Of a stretch of DNA of 64,000 bases, positions 28,772-38,373 are shown in pieces. Each line of letters begins with the position of its first letter. Within the stretch, counting starts at the first letter, position 1. Under the pieces are notes generated by a model. It worked only from the letters and a program-made list of their open reading frames with translations, did not search any database and had not been told where the DNA came from. The position numbers and the translations under genes are program-made. The stretch comes from Burkholderiaceae bacterium (GTDB lineage Bacteria; Pseudomonadota; Gammaproteobacteria; Burkholderiales; Burkholderiaceae_E): assembly GCA_032027205.1 (NCBI GenBank), contig JAVSMN010000001.1:1439300-1503299 (forward strand). The letters are read 5' to 3'.

Positions 28772-29737
28772 ATGCGTTGGAGAGCAGCGCTGGCGGTCGC
28801 GGTCCTGTGCCTGGCCGGTACGGCAGGCACGGCGCACGCGGCCGGCCGCGACGCGCAGGCGTCGGAGAAGTGCGTCGAATGCCATGACGAGGAAGACCTC
28901 CCCGACATGAGCCGCAGCGCGCATGCGGTGTCGGCCGATCCGCGCACGCCGGGTTGCGTCACCTGCCACGGCCCGAGCCGTGAGCACGTCGAGAAGAAGG
29001 GCGGCCAGCGTCCGCCGCCCGATCGCGTGTTCAGCCGCAAGGGCGGCTCGCCGGCCGCCGAGCGCACCGAGGCCTGCATCGGCTGCCACGACCGCGACCC
29101 GAAGCGCGCGCTGTGGCCCACCAGCCAGCATCACGCGTCCGACGTCGCCTGCTCGTCGTGCCACCGCATCCACACGAACCGGGATCGCGTGCTCGTGAAG
29201 ACCGAGCAGCCCGAGGTGTGCTTTGCCTGCCACAAGGAGCAGCGGGTGCAGCTGCGACGCCCGTCGCATCACCCGATTCCCGAAGGCAAGATGACCTGCT
29301 CAGACTGCCACAACGTGCACGGTTCGATGGGGCCGAAGCTGGTCAGCCGCGACAGCACCAACGACACCTGCTACACCTGCCACGCCGAGAAGCGTGGCCC
29401 CTTCGTGCACGGGCACGAGCCGGTCACCGAGAACTGCGCGAACTGCCACAACCCGCACGGCAGCACGATCGCGGCGATGCTCACCGCGCGGCCGCCGATG
29501 CTGTGCCACCAGTGCCACACCTCTCACGTCACCGGCAACGTCGGCGCGCTCGGCGGACAGCCGGGCGTCTTCACGGCCGCCGACCCCGATCTCGGTGCGC
29601 AGATCATCGGAACGACCGGCGGCAAGAACGTCGTGAACATCTGGCAGGCGCGCAGTTGTATGAACTGCCATACGCAGGTCCACGGCTCGAACAACCCGTC
29701 GACGACGAATCCGACCCCGGCGTTCCTGGGCCGCTGA
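28772..29737 (+). CDS. mtrA: MtrA/DmsE-family periplasmic decahaem cytochrome c
   Basis: 321 aa with a signal peptide and ten CxxCH motifs (CVECH, CVTCH, CIGCH, CSSCH, CFACH, CSDCH, CYTCH, CANCH, CHQCH, CMNCH). Confidence 0.9.
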   Translation: MRWRAALAVAVLCLAGTAGTAHAAGRDAQASEKCVECHDEEDLPDMSRSAHAVSADPRTPGCVTCHGPSREHVEKKGGQRPPPDRVFSRKGGSPAAERTEACIGCHDRDPKRALWPTSQHHASDVACSSCHRIHTNRDRVLVKTEQPEVCFACHKEQRVQLRRPSHHPIPEGKMTCSDCHNVHGSMGPKLVSRDSTNDTCYTCHAEKRGPFVHGHEPVTENCANCHNPHGSTIAAMLTARPPMLCHQCHTSHVTGNVGALGGQPGVFTAADPDLGAQIIGTTGGKNVVNIWQARSCMNCHTQVHGSNNPSTTNPTPAFLGR

Positions 29738-29746
29738 GGAGGCGAG

Positions 29747-31957
29747 ATGACCACCGGGAACGCGAATCGACGCTTCGGCCGCGGAGCCCTCGCGCTGGCG
29801 TTGCTGGCGGCCTTCGGCGCCGCGCACGCGGAAGAAGACGAAGTCGTCACCGAGAAGTCGGTCACCGCCGGCGTGGGCGTGGTCAGCGGCGACGACAAGG
29901 ACCGCGCGCTCTTCGGGCAGTACAACGGACTGCGCCCCGATCGCGCCTACGGCCTTCTCGACTTCGACTACTACCGCCGCGACGACGAGAAAGGCGCGGT
30001 GGTCCGCTTCAGCGGAACCGACCTGGGGCGCGAGAACCGCGAATTACACTTCCTGTGGAAGCGGCAGGGCAACTGGAAACTCACGGCCGACTACAGCGAA
30101 CTGGTGCGCCGCGACCCGCGCACGGTGAACACCGCGATGCTCGGTTGGGGATCGACGACGCCGCAGGTCGTTTACCTGGCCACCGGACCCGGAACAGGCG
30201 CCGAGATCCACCCGAAGACGAAGCGCGAGGGCATCGCCTTCGGCTTCTCGAAGTGGGTAGCCGAGAACATCGAGTTCCAGGCGAGCCTGAAGAGCGAGAA
30301 CAAGGACGGATCGCGCATTTCCGGCATCGGATTCAACTGCCCCTCGCCGATCGCCCCCGGTTGCCGTCCGGGCACCGCGATCAGCCCGGGCTGGGCCGTG
30401 CTGATGGTTCCCGAGCCGGTCGACTCGAACCACAGCCAGATGGAAGCGCGCCTGAGCTACGCCGGCGAAAAACTGCGCATGAGCGTCGGCTACTACGGCT
30501 CGTTCTTCAGCAACTCGCACGGCTCGCTGACGCCGTTCGTGCCGGGGAGCCTGAACAACCCGCTCGGCGTGCTGCAGCCGCTGAACGCGGGCCTGCAGCC
30601 GCTGCTGTCGCAGTCGATCGCGCTCGCGCCCGACAACCAGGCGCATCACATCGACGTGACCGGCATGTACGTGTTCACGCCGAGCACGCGCGGCACCTTC
30701 AAGCTCGCCACGGCGCGAGCAACGCAGGACCAGAGCTTCGCCAGCGCGGGCCTGATCGGTCCGGCAGGAATCACCGACCTCGACGGGCGCGTCGACACGT
30801 CGTTGGCGCAGGTAGGCCTGTCGTCGCGACTCACGCCGAAACTGTCGGTGCTCGCCGAATACCGGCGCGACCGGCGCAACGACAAGACGCCGATGGCGCT
30901 GTACGACGTCATCGGCGACCCGGCGACGACCACCTATCTCACCTACACGAACCGGCAGTACGACTACACGAAGAGCCGCGGCAAGCTGCAGGCGAGCTAC
31001 CAGTTCAGCAGCGACTGGCGCGGCACGCTCGGCCTGGACTACGAGGCGATCGATCGCGGCACCATCACGCAGAGCACCGCGTTCTTCGGCATCAGCGCGT
31101 TGCGGCAGAAAACCGAGGAACTGGGCTGGCGCGCCGAGTTGCGCAAGCGCATGACCGAGACCTTCAGCGCCGGCATCAGCCTGGTGAGCAGCAATCGCGA
31201 CGGCTCCGGCTGGCTGCGGCCGGTGAGCTGGGGAACCGGCGTGGTGCCGTACGGCAACCCGCCCACGTGGCTCGCCGAAAGTTCCGTCTTCATGCCGACG
31301 CTGGCCGATCGCGATCGGGACAAGGTGCGCCTGCATGCGGTCTGGCAGCCGCTGGACGAGTTGACGCTGCAGTTCAGCGCCGACTACGGACGCGACAAGT
31401 TCAGTTCGCCGAGCATGCAGGGGCTGCAGCACACCGACATGCGGCTGTACAACATCGACTGGGACTACGCGCTGTCGCTGCGCTGGAGGCTGAACGGCTA
31501 CGTGTCCGTGGGCAGCCAGACACTGGACCAGGCACGCCCGGCCGGCTACGTGATGGCCTACGACAACGACAACACGTCGATCGGCGTCGGCGCGGTCGGC
31601 AAGGTCGATTCGAAGCTGCAGGTGGGCGGCACGCTGTCGTGGTTCAACGACCGCAACGCCTACTCGCAGACGCTCGAGCGCAACGCCGACTACGCCAGCA
31701 CCGTGCTGCTGGCGGCAACGGGCGGCCTGCCCGACATCGTGTTCCGCACGACCGAGCTGAGACTGTTCGGCCGCTACCTGCTCACGAAGAGCTCGTCGGT
31801 GCAGGTGGACTTCGTCCACTACCGCGCGCGCTTCAACGACTGGTCGTACCGCTACGACGGTACGCCGTTCGTGTTCAGCGACAACACGACGGTGGAGCAA
31901 TTGCAGCGACAGAAGGCCTCGTTCGTCGGCGTCACCTACACGCACCGGTGGCAGTGA
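29747..31957 (+). CDS. mtrB: MtrB/PioB-family decahaem-associated outer-membrane beta-barrel porin
   Basis: 736 aa with a signal peptide ..ALLAAFGAAHA and beta-barrel-like alternating sequence ending ..VGVTYTHRWQ. Lies immediately downstream of mtrA. Confidence 0.85.
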   Translation: MTTGNANRRFGRGALALALLAAFGAAHAEEDEVVTEKSVTAGVGVVSGDDKDRALFGQYNGLRPDRAYGLLDFDYYRRDDEKGAVVRFSGTDLGRENRELHFLWKRQGNWKLTADYSELVRRDPRTVNTAMLGWGSTTPQVVYLATGPGTGAEIHPKTKREGIAFGFSKWVAENIEFQASLKSENKDGSRISGIGFNCPSPIAPGCRPGTAISPGWAVLMVPEPVDSNHSQMEARLSYAGEKLRMSVGYYGSFFSNSHGSLTPFVPGSLNNPLGVLQPLNAGLQPLLSQSIALAPDNQAHHIDVTGMYVFTPSTRGTFKLATARATQDQSFASAGLIGPAGITDLDGRVDTSLAQVGLSSRLTPKLSVLAEYRRDRRNDKTPMALYDVIGDPATTTYLTYTNRQYDYTKSRGKLQASYQFSSDWRGTLGLDYEAIDRGTITQSTAFFGISALRQKTEELGWRAELRKRMTETFSAGISLVSSNRDGSGWLRPVSWGTGVVPYGNPPTWLAESSVFMPTLADRDRDKVRLHAVWQPLDELTLQFSADYGRDKFSSPSMQGLQHTDMRLYNIDWDYALSLRWRLNGYVSVGSQTLDQARPAGYVMAYDNDNTSIGVGAVGKVDSKLQVGGTLSWFNDRNAYSQTLERNADYASTVLLAATGGLPDIVFRTTELRLFGRYLLTKSSSVQVDFVHYRARFNDWSYRYDGTPFVFSDNTTVEQLQRQKASFVGVTYTHRWQ

Positions 31958-31958
31958 C

Positions 31959-32636
31959 GTGCCTCGAACCGCGATCGAACGACTCGGCTTCGCGCTTCTC
32001 CTGGCGATCCCGCTGGCGATCGTCACGCTGTTCTGGCGCTTCGAGGTCGCGCCGAGAGGCGCGACGTCGATGACCGCGCGGCTGCCCGGTGCAGCGCAGC
32101 TGTCGGGCGGCGGGCAACTCTCGGGCGGCGGCGCCCAGCACGACGCGGCGAGCGACCCGGAAATGCAGCAGATGGCCGCGCGGCTCGCGCAGCGCCTCGA
32201 ACGCGAGCCGGGGGACGCGGAAGGCTGGCGCACGCTCGCGCGCACCTACTACGTGATGCAGCGCTTCCCGGAAGCGGTCGCGGCCTACGAACGGCTCGAC
32301 GCGCTCGGCGCGCCCGACGCCGACGTGCTCGCCGACTGGGCCGACGCGGCAGCGATGGCGCAGGGTCGGCGCCTGGACGGCCGCCCACTGCAGCTCGTGC
32401 GGCGCGCGTTGGCCGCGAACCCGACGCAGTGGAAGGCGCTGTCGATGGCGGCCACCGACGCACTGGAGCGCGGAGACGTGAATGCGGCGATCGAAGGCTG
32501 GGAGCGCGCGCTAGCTGCCGTGCCCGAGGGTTCGGACAGGGCTGCATCGATCCGCTCCAGCCTAGAGCAGGCGCGCCAGTCGCTCACGGCGAGCGCCAAC
32601 AACGAGACGGGCGGCAACAGAAACGCGATCCGCTGA
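31959..32636 (+). CDS. TPR-repeat protein resembling the C-terminal apocytochrome-chaperone part of CcmI/CycH (NrfG-like)
   Basis: GTG start 2 nt after the mtrB stop. N-terminal TM segment, then ..MAARLAQRLEREPGDAEGWRTLARTYYVMQRFPEAVAAYERL.., which matches the CcmI/NrfG TPR pattern as I recall it. Confidence 0.55.
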   Translation: MPRTAIERLGFALLLAIPLAIVTLFWRFEVAPRGATSMTARLPGAAQLSGGGQLSGGGAQHDAASDPEMQQMAARLAQRLEREPGDAEGWRTLARTYYVMQRFPEAVAAYERLDALGAPDADVLADWADAAAMAQGRRLDGRPLQLVRRALAANPTQWKALSMAATDALERGDVNAAIEGWERALAAVPEGSDRAASIRSSLEQARQSLTASANNETGGNRNAIR

Positions 32637-32664
32637 TGCGGCGCGTCTCGCGCCGCCGCCAGCT

Positions 32665-33171
32665 TCAGCGCGTGCGCACCGGGATCGGCGTTGTCCGGTC
32701 GACGGGCACCGTCGTCACCGAGTTCTGCGGCGAACCTTCAATCAGGCGTTCGGCGTAGGTGAGGTAGACGAGCGCATTGCGCTGCCGGTCGACCATCCGC
32801 ACGATGCGCAGTTTCTTGAACACGAGACTGATGCGCTCGCTGAATACCTCCTCCTGCTCGGGCAGCGGCTGTGCGATCGCGATCGGCGCGACCTGCGTGC
32901 AGGCGATCGACGCCTCGGAGCGGTCTTCGGCGACGCCGAGCGCACCCTTGATGCCCCCGGTTTTCGCGCGCGACACGTAGCAGGTGACGCCGCTCACCTT
33001 CGGGTCGTCGTAGGCCTCGACGACGATCTTGTGGTCGGGGCCGATCCACTTGAAGACCGTGTCGACCTCGCCGATGGGTTCGGCCGCGGCGACGAGTGGC
33101 GCGGCAACGAGCAGCGCCGCGGCACTGCAGCGCGCGACGCCGCGCCTGGCGAGGAAAGCTGCAATCGACAT
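32665..33171 (-). CDS. creA: CreA-family protein
   Basis: 168 aa with a signal peptide. ..[29 protein letters not shown].. is characteristic of CreA. Confidence 0.8.
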   Translation of the reverse strand: MSIAAFLARRGVARCSAAALLVAAPLVAAAEPIGEVDTVFKWIGPDHKIVVEAYDDPKVSGVTCYVSRAKTGGIKGALGVAEDRSEASIACTQVAPIAIAQPLPEQEEVFSERISLVFKKLRIVRMVDRQRNALVYLTYAERLIEGSPQNSVTTVPVDRTTPIPVRTR

Positions 33172-33210
33172 TCGTTCGCGCTCGGAGACAGGATTTGCGC
33201 GTGCCAGGCG

Positions 33211-34666
33211 TCAGGGTCGCTGCGCGCGCCCGCTGGCCAGCAGCGCGCGGACGAAGGCGCGCGTGTGCGCACCGTATTCGCGCATCAGCGGAACGACGGT
33301 GCGAACCATCGCGTCGCGTGCAGCCGGCCCGCTCTTGGTGAGTTGCGCGTTCAGGTCAACGCCTCGCGCGTCGACCCCAAACTCGAAATCGGGGTCGTCG
33401 ACATATCTGGCCGGCAGCGCCGCGGCGACCTCGCGGTCGAGCGCATTGGCGGACTTCGCTGCACGTTTCGCCACCACGGCGCGCGGATCGTCCTCGCCGA
33501 ACACCGGATGTCGGCCAGCGGCCGCTGCGCCCCCGGCAGCCGCGGCCGCCTGGGGATCGTCGCGGCCCTCATCGGACAGCGCGCGAAGCAGCGGCCCTTC
33601 ACCGGCAGCGCCTTGCTCGGCGACCACCGCCGTGCGCTGGAAGTTCTCCAGCGCCAGGTGCCGGTTCGACACCAGCGTAATCGCCCGCGTCTTCGCGCCG
33701 GGCGAGCCGGCCATGTCGAGCGCGTTGATCCACAGCATGCGCAGCGTGCTCACGCCGGGGGAGCACGCGCGCGTGGTAGGGCTGCGTCAGATCCTGGATG
33801 TAGTGCATCGCCCAGCCGGCGAAGCGCCAGCCCCAGTAGTCGTGGCCGGTGCGCAGCGCGTGCTGCGCCAGCGTGCGGTAGAGGTGAATCCGGTATTCGG
33901 GATAGGTGCGCTTCAGGAATCCGGCCGCGGCATAGATGATCGACGACTCGTAATAGAAGCCCATGTGGAACGGCGCCTGCGTACCGAACGAGAGCGCCGG
34001 GTTGCCGAAGGGCTGCTTGCCGAAGCCGTACATGCGACCGTGCGGCGTGCCGTTGTCCTCCCAGACGCCGATGTCGAGCCCATAGTCGGGCTCGTCCGAA
34101 GCGGTGGCGCCGACGTCGAGAGGGGAAACGGACTCGCCCTCGCGCAGCGCGACGAAGGGCGAAGCGCCGACGGCGTCCTCGCCGTCGTCGTCGGCGAGCG
34201 TGCTGACGCGAGAACGGGCGAGCACCGGTCGATCGGTTGCGTCGTTCGGCGAAAGCCGCTTCAAGAACAGCGCGAGCCGCGCGTCGGGCGCGATGCGCAG
34301 CGCAGCAACGAAGCGGCGGCGCAGTTCGTCCGGCGTCTGCGCGCCTGCCGCGACGAAGCGCAGCGCGTCGGGTCGCGGCGGATACGTCGGCACGTGCTCG
34401 CGCGACCATGCTTCCGCGGCGTCGAGCACCGGCTCGAGCGCGTCGGCCTGCGCGGCAAGAAAAGCGTCGAGCGACTCGACGCGCACGGGTTCGAGCCGAG
34501 CGAACTCGGGCATGTCCTTCAACGCCGCCCAGGTGTCCAGCGCGTGGCCGCTCCAGGCGAGGGCCGGCGCGGCACACAATGCCACCGATGCGGACAGCGC
34601 GGCTCGAAAGAGCGCGAACGCCGACACGCAGCGCCGCGGGGGTCGACAGCAGGCAGGCCGATGCAT
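33211..34666 (-). pseudogene. Zinc-dependent phospholipase C / P1-nuclease-fold-like secreted protein; reading frame broken at a C5 run
   Basis: The upstream frame ends ..AMHYIQDLTQPYHARVLP. Removing one C from the C5 run (G5 at 33757-33761 on the plus strand) continues it as GVSTLRMLWINALDMAG.. (ORF 33211..33753). The mature N-terminus AWSGHA and the H-Y-x2-D-x3-P-x-H motif are PLC/P1-like. Confidence 0.5.
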
Positions 34667-34706
34667 CGGCCTCAGGATACCGTCACCCGGAAGCAGTTGC
34701 GCCGAA

Positions 34707-35060
34707 TCAGCGGCCCCTGCCCCCGCCCGACCCCGCTCCGCCGGCTCCGGGGCCGACCCCGCGCCCGGCTCCGCCGCGACTCGCGGCATTGCCGCCACGC
34801 ACCGCCGGCGGCTCGTCGGGAATGGCGACGCCGCGCGCCTGCGCGCGTTCCTTCATGAGCTCGTGGTGTTGCGCGCGGATCTGCTCTTGCTCCTGCGCGG
34901 TTTTCGCCGCGCGCATCCGGTCGCGATACTCGTTGCGCTCCTGCTGGGTCATCAGCTGGCTGCCATAGATCGGCTCTTGCGGATCAGCCGCGAATGCGAG
35001 CGACGCCGGCAGCGACAACGCAGCCGCCAGGGCCGAAGCCATCAGTGTTCGCCTGTTCAT
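34707..35060 (-). CDS. Small secreted protein of unknown function (helical, Gly-rich tail)
   Basis: Trimmed to MNRRTLMASALAAALSLPASLAFA (signal peptide). Followed by ..QQERNEYRDRMRAAKTAQEQEQIRAQHHELMKERA.. and a G/R-rich C-terminus. Confidence 0.5.
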   Translation of the reverse strand: MNRRTLMASALAAALSLPASLAFAADPQEPIYGSQLMTQQERNEYRDRMRAAKTAQEQEQIRAQHHELMKERAQARGVAIPDEPPAVRGGNAASRGGAGRGVGPGAGGAGSGGGRGR

Positions 35061-35196
35061 CGATACTCCTCGTGCTTTGACTTCGATCGTAGGCTCGCGA
35101 AACGCACGCTGCCAGCGAGACACGATTGGGCATTGATGCAGGTCAGAGTCCCGACGATCGATCGCGCTTGCGACTTCTGCAGTCTCTTCGAGGGCG

Positions 35197-35646
35197 TCAA
35201 CTACTCGGCGACACGATGGGAACGCCCGTCGTCCACGCGGACGCGAGGAGTGCGAATGCCCAGTACACGCCGATCGCCATCTGCACGGCGAAAGCGGTGA
35301 AGCGCACCGTGACCGCGGCGGGGCTGATCGAGGCCAGGTGCACGAGCGATTGGAACACGCGCGCTCCCAGGAACACGTAGGCAAGCGAATCCGTGATCGC
35401 GCTGCGATCGGTGGCGAGCGCAGCGATCAGCAGGCCGCCGAAGATCGGCAGGCCCTCGACACAGTTCGCGTGCGCCCTGGCAAGCCGCTGCATGAAGGGC
35501 GAGAGGTTCGAGTTGTCCGGCGCGAAGCCGTTCGCGGGAACCCTCCCCCGCAACACAAGCTGCGTGCGAATGACCTCCATGAGCACGAGCAGTAGCAGCG
35601 CCCAGGTGGCGAAACCGGTGAACGCAACGAAACTCGGGGACGTCAT
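35197..35646 (-). CDS. MAPEG-family membrane protein
   Basis: Trimmed to MTSPSFVAFTGFATWALLLL.. About 150 aa with 4 hydrophobic segments and ..RAHANCVEGLPIFGG.., typical of MAPEG. Confidence 0.7.
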   Translation of the reverse strand: MTSPSFVAFTGFATWALLLLVLMEVIRTQLVLRGRVPANGFAPDNSNLSPFMQRLARAHANCVEGLPIFGGLLIAALATDRSAITDSLAYVFLGARVFQSLVHLASISPAAVTVRFTAFAVQMAIGVYWAFALLASAWTTGVPIVSPSS

Positions 35647-35704
35647 CGCGGCCTCGATCGGAATGCAGGCGTTGCCGACGGACTCGCGCCGGTTCCACCA
35701 GTAT

Positions 35705-37117
35705 CTACCCGCCTCCGGGCCCCCGTGCCGGCGCAGCACTCGCTCCCACGAGCCTGGCCGCATTGGCTACAGCTGCCGCCCCGTAGCGCTTGATCCGCTC
35801 GCGGCAGTCGATCACCGTCGGGTGATCGCGATGAGTCCCGATTCTGCCGAGCGGATTGAGCCGCGACTCCTTCGTCCAACTCGCCAACACCGGGTGCTCG
35901 GCACGTGCGCGGTTCGCGGATGCCAGGAACGCCGACAGGAAATCGGCATTCGCGTCCCAATTCGCAATGGGAGGGCACAGGCGGTTCTTTTCCTCGTCGC
36001 TGGCCACCGTGGCCTCGACGACGCCCAGCATCGCGAACTGGAAGCACGCGAAGCTCCAGAAGAACGGCTGGACGACGACCCGTCCGGGCTCGAAGATCGG
36101 GCGCAGCGGAGCTCGTCCGAGCCCACGCGATGCGCAGTGAACGTGCACCGTCTTCTCGTTCGTCGGAACGGTGCCCTCGTCCAGGACGATCCGGTCGCGC
36201 TCGATCCGGCGCACGTGTCCCAGGCGGACGACATCTTCTATGCGGCGCAGGAGCTCCAGCTCGGCCTCGCTGATCACCGCGCCCCGAAACATCGTCGGCT
36301 CGACGCTGCGATCGACGCGAAGGAAGAACGCCTCGGCTTCGAGGCGTCGGAAAAGATCGTCGATCGAATCTGCCTGTGCCACCGCTTCGAACTGGAGCGC
36401 CACGCCGCGGTACAGGTCGGGGAGAAGCGTGTGGGGCTGGTGAAAGCGCCGATTCAGCCACCACCCCTCGCGCGGCTTGATCCAGCGGATCGCGGAAGCG
36501 GGGACGTCCTGCTCCAGCAGCCATACGCACGCATCGAGCGCCGTCTTGCCGGCGCCGATGACGACGAACCGCTCCGGACGCTCCGCGATGCGTGCGATCT
36601 CGCCAGCGGGCACGCAGCGCACCCCTTCGGCCACCTCGAACGGAAGCGCCGCGGTGGCGGGAACGTCGCCCTCGAGGTACGTGGTATCGACAATCTTGCG
36701 CCGCACGTGCGCCTTGCGCGACACCTGCCCGAGCCGCGAAACGAAGCGACCCTCGTCCAGGTACTCGCTGCAGGGGAAATAGCGGACCCGGCCGCTGGGC
36801 AGGAAGCGGCGCCGCATGACGTGATCGAAGTAGGCCCGGATCTCGTCCGCGCCGGCGAGCTCGTAGTAGCCGGCGTTCGATCCAGCGACGTCGAGCGCGT
36901 CTTGCCCGAGCGGCACGGAGCCGACTCCGTAGAACGCCGACGGCTGATGCAGGCGCACGTAGGGATAAGCGTCGATCCAGTGTCCGCCGGGAGCATGGCG
37001 GCGATCGACGATCGTTACCGTGGCGTCGGAATGTTCGAGCAGCGCGTCGGTGAACGCCATCCCGGCGGCGCCCGCACCGACGACCAGATAGTCCGTTTCG
37101 AACTCTGCATCGATCAT
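35705..37117 (-). CDS. FAD/NAD(P)-binding oxidoreductase (flavin monooxygenase-like)
   Basis: 470 aa. N-terminal dinucleotide fold DYLVVGAGAAGMAF and a second fold FVVIGAGKTALD. Confidence 0.8.
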   Translation of the reverse strand: MIDAEFETDYLVVGAGAAGMAFTDALLEHSDATVTIVDRRHAPGGHWIDAYPYVRLHQPSAFYGVGSVPLGQDALDVAGSNAGYYELAGADEIRAYFDHVMRRRFLPSGRVRYFPCSEYLDEGRFVSRLGQVSRKAHVRRKIVDTTYLEGDVPATAALPFEVAEGVRCVPAGEIARIAERPERFVVIGAGKTALDACVWLLEQDVPASAIRWIKPREGWWLNRRFHQPHTLLPDLYRGVALQFEAVAQADSIDDLFRRLEAEAFFLRVDRSVEPTMFRGAVISEAELELLRRIEDVVRLGHVRRIERDRIVLDEGTVPTNEKTVHVHCASRGLGRAPLRPIFEPGRVVVQPFFWSFACFQFAMLGVVEATVASDEEKNRLCPPIANWDANADFLSAFLASANRARAEHPVLASWTKESRLNPLGRIGTHRDHPTVIDCRERIKRYGAAAVANAARLVGASAAPARGPGGG

Positions 37118-37219
37118 TCGCGGAGCGTAGTCGAATCCGAGGGCGCAACGATCCCTTGCAGGAGCAACGGCCGGCGTCGGAGTTCCGAAAACCCGCTGCG
37201 CTTCTTCGTTTCCTCAGCG

Positions 37220-37702
37220 TCAATCGCGACGTGCCGCCTCGATGGCAGCGACGTCGATCTTCTTCATCTGCAGCATCGCTTCGAACGCGCGCTGTGCGGC
37301 AGCGGGATCGGGATCGGTGATCGCCTCGGTCAGGGCGACCGGAGTGATCTGCCAGGACAATCCCCATTTGTCCTTGCACCAGCCGCAGACGCTCTCCTCG
37401 CCGCCGTTGCCGACGATCGCGTTCCAGTAGCGATCGGTCTCAGCCTGGTCGGCGGTGGCGACCTGAAACGAGAAGGCTTCGCTATGCCTGAACTCCGGCC
37501 CGCCGTTGAGTCCGAGACACGGGATACCCAGGACGGTGAACGAGACCGTCAACACATCGCCCTTCTTCCCGGACGGAAAGTCTCCGGGTGCGCGGTACAC
37601 CGCGCCGACGGACGAATCGGGAAAGGTTTCGGCGTAGAAGCGCGCCGCTTCCTCGGCGTCGTGGTCGTACCAGAGGCAGATCGTGTTCCTGGCTGGTGTC
37701 AT
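37220..37702 (-). CDS. VOC-family protein (PhnB / 3-demethylubiquinone-9 methyltransferase-domain-like)
   Basis: Trimmed to MTPARNTICLWYDHDAEEAARFYAETFPDS..GWCKDKWGLSWQI.., characteristic of this family. Confidence 0.75.
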   Translation of the reverse strand: MTPARNTICLWYDHDAEEAARFYAETFPDSSVGAVYRAPGDFPSGKKGDVLTVSFTVLGIPCLGLNGGPEFRHSEAFSFQVATADQAETDRYWNAIVGNGGEESVCGWCKDKWGLSWQITPVALTEAITDPDPAAAQRAFEAMLQMKKIDVAAIEAARRD

Positions 37703-37726
37703 TCTGACTTCTCCCATTCCGACGGC

Positions 37727-38311
37727 CTACGCATCCGCGGCGGAGCGCCCGAACGTGACCGCGGTCCGTACCTCTGCCGGAGTCGTTTCGAAGAGTTTGG
37801 CGTCCGGATGGATGCCCAATGCGTCGTTGACGGAAGCAAACGCCAGTCGAAAAGCAATGAAGGCTGTTGCCTCGAATATCTCGCGCTCCGACAGGCCGAT
37901 CTCCCGCAGCGCGTCGACGTCGGATGACCTGGTGGCGTTGGGATTCGCCACCACCTTGCGCGCCCAACCGGCAATAGTTCGATCGCGTTGACTCAAATCG
38001 CCCCCTGCCGAGTCACTGATGACCGCAGCCGCAATGCCGGCCCCGGCCTCCTTCGAGAGAATCTTTCCCCACGCCAGCGAGCAATAAGAATCACCCAGTT
38101 CCGAAGCGGTTGCACAGACCATCACCGCGTAGTCACGATTGCTCAAGTGCGACTCGCTCATGAGCTGGTTTCGAAGCGCAACGAAGCCGTGGAAGACATC
38201 GGGGCGCCATGCCCAGGCGCGACTCAGATTCGTCACGTAGCCCTGGGCGTCGATACTCGACTGGTAGACGTTGGCCGTTTCGGCAGAGTCGGCGGGCCTG
38301 GCGATGAACAT
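37727..38311 (-). CDS. Carboxymuconolactone decarboxylase (AhpD-like) family protein
   Basis: Trimmed to MFIARPADSAE.. ..NRDYAVMVCATASELGDSYCSLAWGK.. matches the AhpD-like CxxC/helical pattern. Confidence 0.65.
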   Translation of the reverse strand: MFIARPADSAETANVYQSSIDAQGYVTNLSRAWAWRPDVFHGFVALRNQLMSESHLSNRDYAVMVCATASELGDSYCSLAWGKILSKEAGAGIAAAVISDSAGGDLSQRDRTIAGWARKVVANPNATRSSDVDALREIGLSEREIFEATAFIAFRLAFASVNDALGIHPDAKLFETTPAEVRTAVTFGRSAADA

Positions 38312-38373
38312 GAGAAGTCTCCGGAGAAGATTGCGCACGCGAACCGCCTGGCACGGCGTTCGCGATGGAAGGA

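Noticed and set aside
32637-32662. GGCGCG-TCTC-GCGCC hairpin between the convergent TPR and creA genes, considered as a terminator.
   Set aside because: The stem is short and has no U-tract on either strand, so it is not distinguishable from background GC palindromes.
38341-38365. TGGCAC-N5-TCGC, resembling a sigma-54 -24/-12 element, near a sigma-54-rich context.
   Set aside because: It is on the plus strand with no downstream plus-strand gene. The -12 element is not TTGC. The sequence is better explained as one arm of an intergenic hairpin (gcgaaccgcc/ggcgttcgc) after the hydrolase gene.
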